Virus record (IMG/VR): IMGVR_UViG_3300048591_001244
Coordinates: 1-64,000 of that record
Strand: one strand, 5' to 3'
From: a virus
DNA length: 64,000 nt
This document shows positions 61,060 to 64,000 of the stretch, in pieces (the first letter of the stretch is position 1; each line of letters opens with the position of its first letter). A program made the position numbers and the translations under genes. The notes under the pieces were generated by a model, which was given only the letters and a program-made list of their open reading frames with translations, ran no database searches and was not told the origin of the DNA.

Positions 61060-61166
61060 ATTAGAGAACAACACGAATTTAATTATTAAGTAAAAAACGC
61101 TCACTTTAGCAGTACGCCCCTGCTTTTGTATAGCGTATGTTATAGGGCGTTTTTAATTTAATCAAA

Positions 61167-61361
61167 ATGAGAACAGTAGAAGTGACAGTAACTTACAAGT
61201 ATGAGCTTGAAATTGACGACAACAACGAGATTGTCAAAGAGTATGAAAGCGAAAACGAATTATTGGTGGATTGTGCCACTTATCGTTTCTCAACAGGATT
61301 ACCTGTAATTGGTGATGGTGGGGTAAAAGTTAAGGATGTCGAATTGGTCGAGGTTTCTTAA
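61167..61361 (+). CDS. Cassette hypothetical protein
   Basis: 64 aa; bounded by inverted repeat 61139-61152 / 61360-61373. Confidence 0.7.
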   Translation: MRTVEVTVTYKYELEIDDNNEIVKEYESENELLVDCATYRFSTGLPVIGDGGVKVKDVELVEVS

Positions 61362-61370
61362 ATGCCCTAT

Positions 61371-61493
61371 AACGTAAAAGTATAAAAGCAGGTGGGGATT
61401 GAACGGCAAACACGTTTCGACTTGCACAAAACTAAATAAACAGCCGAGGTGGTTAAAAATAGCACATAACCCCACTTGATTTTATACAGTGTT
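61371..61493 (+). repeat. attC-like hairpin 3
   Basis: AAC 61371-61373; arms 61380-61397 GTATAAAAGCAGGTGGGG and 61470-61487 CCCCACTTGATTTTATAC; GTT at 61491. Confidence 0.8.
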
Positions 61494-61510
61494 GTGTGCA
61501 GTTATTTATT

Positions 61511-61831
61511 ATGTTTAAATTACATTATGCAAGTTTAGATTTAGGGAATAATGATATTCCTTGTTTTGAGTTCAAAAAACATTCTCAAATGGTTGATTTT
61601 ATTGATGAAAAATGTATCAATAGAAATGGAAAAGTTGTTTGGCTTTTGGCTAAAGAAGATTTTACAGATGTTTTTATTTCTGAAAATCATTTAAGTATTC
61701 AGGATTTTTTAAGTAAAAAAGATTGCTGGCAAACAACTGGTAATTATTTTCTTCAAGAATATACAAGTTTTGAAGATGCTTATCGTGTCGCATTAGATAT
61801 GTCAGAAATTAGTCCGCTGTGTTATTCATAA
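61511..61831 (+). CDS. Cassette hypothetical protein
   Basis: ATG at 61511; bounded by inverted repeat 61491-61505 / 61828-61842. Confidence 0.7.
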   Translation: MFKLHYASLDLGNNDIPCFEFKKHSQMVDFIDEKCINRNGKVVWLLAKEDFTDVFISENHLSIQDFLSKKDCWQTTGNYFLQEYTSFEDAYRVALDMSEISPLCYS

Positions 61832-61845
61832 TTGCACACAACATC

Positions 61846-62118
61846 ATGAACAACTATCGCTCAATTGACAAAAAAACACCTGAAGTTGTTGACAATACAA
61901 CAAATGATACATATCCTAAAACCCTATACATTCGAAATGAAGTGGGAGGAATGGTGTGGCAAGTATATCATGTTAATAACATAACAGAAGCTCTCAATCT
62001 CGTTAAAAATGCTGTTAAAAATGGATTTTATGGCAACCATACATTAGAAGACCATACAAATGAAACAGAAACATGGCCTGATTGGAGAAAAACAGCACAT
62101 CCAGACATCTTTAAATAA
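61846..62118 (+). CDS. Hypothetical protein
   Basis: In-frame ATG at 61846 of the 61819 ORF. Confidence 0.6.
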   Translation: MNNYRSIDKKTPEVVDNTTNDTYPKTLYIRNEVGGMVWQVYHVNNITEALNLVKNAVKNGFYGNHTLEDHTNETETWPDWRKTAHPDIFK

Positions 62119-62126
62119 CATAAACC

Positions 62127-62495
62127 ATGAAAATAAAAGACATACTAAAGAAATACCTTCCTTATCACATAGTAAAAGAAATAACAGAAGCTATGAAATC
62201 ACAGGGAAGAGGACACGAGCTAAATCGCTTTAATTATGCGGTAAAATCACCACATTCAATAATAGGGCTTTCATTTGAATGGGCTATAAAAAACTACTTG
62301 AATAAAAATGACATCTATAAAGATGATAGTGACTTTCAGGATATCATTATTAATTCTTTCTATAATCAACACAATGAAGAAGAAGGTCGGCTAGATGTAA
62401 ATGACAATCCCTGGAAAGACAAATTAGATTATGTACATAATCACTTCGAATTATTCTGTCAGTATGCACAAAATAACTGGAGAAAGATTAAATAA
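62127..62495 (+). CDS. Hypothetical protein
   Basis: 122-aa ORF. Confidence 0.65.
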   Translation: MKIKDILKKYLPYHIVKEITEAMKSQGRGHELNRFNYAVKSPHSIIGLSFEWAIKNYLNKNDIYKDDSDFQDIIINSFYNQHNEEEGRLDVNDNPWKDKLDYVHNHFELFCQYAQNNWRKIK

Positions 62496-62564
62496 AATAA
62501 ATTTCATCCCTCGCATCTTGGTCGGTGCGGGGGATTTATAGACGGATGGAAAACTGAAAGTAAC

Positions 62565-62960
62565 ATGATAACAGAGACAAAAGAAATATATAAGTGCGAC
62601 CATTGTAAAAAGATGTACCAAAGAAAGTCGGCTTGCATGAGGCACGAAGATGTTTGTTTTAAAAGCCCTGATTTTTTAAGACCATGCCATAGTTGCGTGA
62701 ATCTTGAAAAGAGAACCACAACCGTATTTAGCGGACGTAGTGATGAAAACGGCAATGAATATGAAATGACCGTAAACCTTATGTTCTGTAAAAAAAGAGA
62801 CTGCTTCATTCATCCACATAAAGTAGCGGTAAAGGGAAATGCTTTCGAGACTGGAGATAAAGAAAATATTGAAATGCCAAAAGAGTGTGAATTTTATGAA
62901 AATGAATATGCGTATGTGTTAAAAGACAATCTAACCCCAACCCATGAAAACCACCCCTGA
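62565..62960 (+). CDS. Cys-rich zinc-finger-like hypothetical protein
   Basis: YKCDHC...C..HE..C...CHSC. Confidence 0.7.
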   Translation: MITETKEIYKCDHCKKMYQRKSACMRHEDVCFKSPDFLRPCHSCVNLEKRTTTVFSGRSDENGNEYEMTVNLMFCKKRDCFIHPHKVAVKGNAFETGDKENIEMPKECEFYENEYAYVLKDNLTPTHENHP

Positions 62961-63405
62961 CTACTTCAACGAAATAAAATGCCCGATTGTTAGGCGCAGG
63001 GCGATAAGGAATTGCGATGAACCTGAAAAACAAGAGAGTAGTCTAAAATGGGCAATTCATGGAGGCTTCGTCTGGAGAGAAACTCCTGAAGGTGTTGCAT
63101 ACTGGAGTGAGGTTTACGAAAACCCACTCGCCCCATCCCCAGAACATCTACTACCTGATGGGTACAGGGAGGAGGCCGAGCCAAACTTGACGTTAGCAGC
63201 AGTAACGGATTTAAAAATGGAACATTCAAAACAAGAAAAAGAAATTTACGAATTAGCAGAACTTTTGATGCAGTCTGAAAACTTAGAAGCAAGTGCAACT
63301 ATCCTTCGTGATTTTGCTGAAAAATGTTACCAAGAAGGTGCAATAGATGCTCAAAATGATGCGGCAAAAGAAATACGTGAACACTATGTAGAAGGTGGTC
63401 GGTAG
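62944..63405 (+). CDS. Chimeric hypothetical protein (resident N-half plus cassette C-half)
   Basis: FVWRETPEGVAYW domain, then a cassette boundary at 63192 and an internal ATG at 63217. Confidence 0.6.
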   Translation: MKTTPDYFNEIKCPIVRRRAIRNCDEPEKQESSLKWAIHGGFVWRETPEGVAYWSEVYENPLAPSPEHLLPDGYREEAEPNLTLAAVTDLKMEHSKQEKEIYELAELLMQSENLEASATILRDFAEKCYQEGAIDAQNDAAKEIREHYVEGGR

Positions 63406-63416
63406 TTATTGCTGCT

Positions 63417-63542
63417 AACGCCCAAGCAGCTTTGCGTTCGGTGGCGTTTTTAAACCGAACGCTTCACTTAATAACAAAATTTGATATGGAAAAAAATGTA
63501 ACAACCAACACCTACCCACAGCATGACGCAAAACTGCCTGTT
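63417..63542 (+). repeat. attC-like hairpin 4
   Basis: AAC 63417-63419; GCAGCTTTGCGTTC (from 63426) pairs with GACGCAAAACTGC (to 63537); GTT at 63540. Confidence 0.75.
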
Positions 63543-63701
63543 AGCGGTAGTTATTATTGGTATTGTCGATTCACTTTCAAAGGAGATAAATGTGATTTAT
63601 ACCTTACAGAAAGAAACAACTGCAAAACATTTAAGGAACTTCGTAGATGGTGGAGAAAAGAGAAACCAAACTTAAAACTTCTGTCAGCGGTCAGGAAATA
63701 A
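63486..63701 (+). CDS. Cassette hypothetical protein, start inside hairpin 4
   Basis: MEKNVTTNTYPQHDAKLPVSGSYYWYC...; inverted repeat 63540-63555 / 63697-63712. Confidence 0.6.
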   Translation: MEKNVTTNTYPQHDAKLPVSGSYYWYCRFTFKGDKCDLYLTERNNCKTFKELRRWWRKEKPNLKLLSAVRK

Positions 63702-63709
63702 TTTCCGCT

Positions 63710-63853
63710 AACAAGCTGGTATGTGCTGTGCCAGCCACAAAATTAATAATCACGGCACTAACTTAACAGGCATAGCATATACCGTTTTCGGGCTTGGCGT
63801 TCGGTTTTGTGCGTAGGGCTTGTGGGTGGCAAAACTGACGCAAAACCCGTGTT
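63710..63853 (+). repeat. Two fused attC-like hairpins (5a and 5b)
   Basis: Arms 63718-63732/63769-63783 and 63789-63809/63830-63849; AAC at 63710, GTT at 63851. Confidence 0.75.
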
Positions 63854-63947
63854 ATATGAAGGTGGGATTTTCACGCACTACACTCGATTAGAAGCACGTA
63901 AAAAGAAAAAGAAAAAATGAGCGTGGGAAACAATTAAATCATTTAAA

Positions 63948-64000
63948 ATGCAAAAGAACATTTTATTATTTGACGTAGAAAGCACAAGTTTACACGGAAC
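63948..64000 (+). CDS. Partial DEDD-family 3'-5' exonuclease (N-terminus)
   Basis: MQKNILLFDVESTSLHG is an ExoI D-x-E motif; truncated by the window end. Confidence 0.55.
   Translation, partial: MQKNILLFDVESTSLHG

Larger units (their letters stand above)
59720..63862 (+). mobile_element. Integron-like gene-cassette array with no integrase in the window
   Basis: Five ORF units bounded by GTT.../...AAC inverted repeats, interspersed with attC-like hairpins. Confidence 0.75.

Noticed and set aside
59720-63862. CRISPR array or REP/terminator interpretation of the hairpins
   Set aside because: No identical direct repeats with short spacers; loops are ~70-90 nt, there are no U tracts, and the units contain whole ORFs
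1-64000. tRNA genes, introns, inteins, diversity-generating retroelement
   Set aside because: No cloverleaf or T-loop, no split core genes, no intein termini and no reverse transcriptase seen by eye; tRNAscan-SE and HMM searches were not run

Overview
This window is part of a crAss-like (Crassvirales-type) podophage genome, most likely infecting Bacteroidota, since several TAnnTTTG -7 promoter boxes are present. It uses the standard genetic code. From 1 to 4.5 kb (+) are DNA metabolism genes (NinB-like, RusA, a variant uracil-DNA glycosylase, GroES-like) and a structured intergenic RNA candidate. From 4.6 to 57.3 kb (-) is the virion and lysis module: terminase, portal, scaffold, major capsid protein, ring and muzzle proteins, ejected cargo proteins including a 4509-aa virion RNA polymerase, SprB/collagen fibres, a holin, a PAS-domain membrane protein and an M15 endolysin. 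Strand composition switches at about 57.7 kb. From 58.4 to 64 kb (+) is an accessory region. The main finding is an integron-like gene-cassette array at 59.7-64 kb with no integrase in the window. Small ORFs are each bracketed by their own 13-16-bp inverted repeat (GTT...AAC) that carries an invariant mismatch at position 11. They alternate with attC-like hairpins of about 124 bp, two of which supply the start codon and leader peptide for the next cassette. All product calls come from motif recognition by eye; no database search was run.
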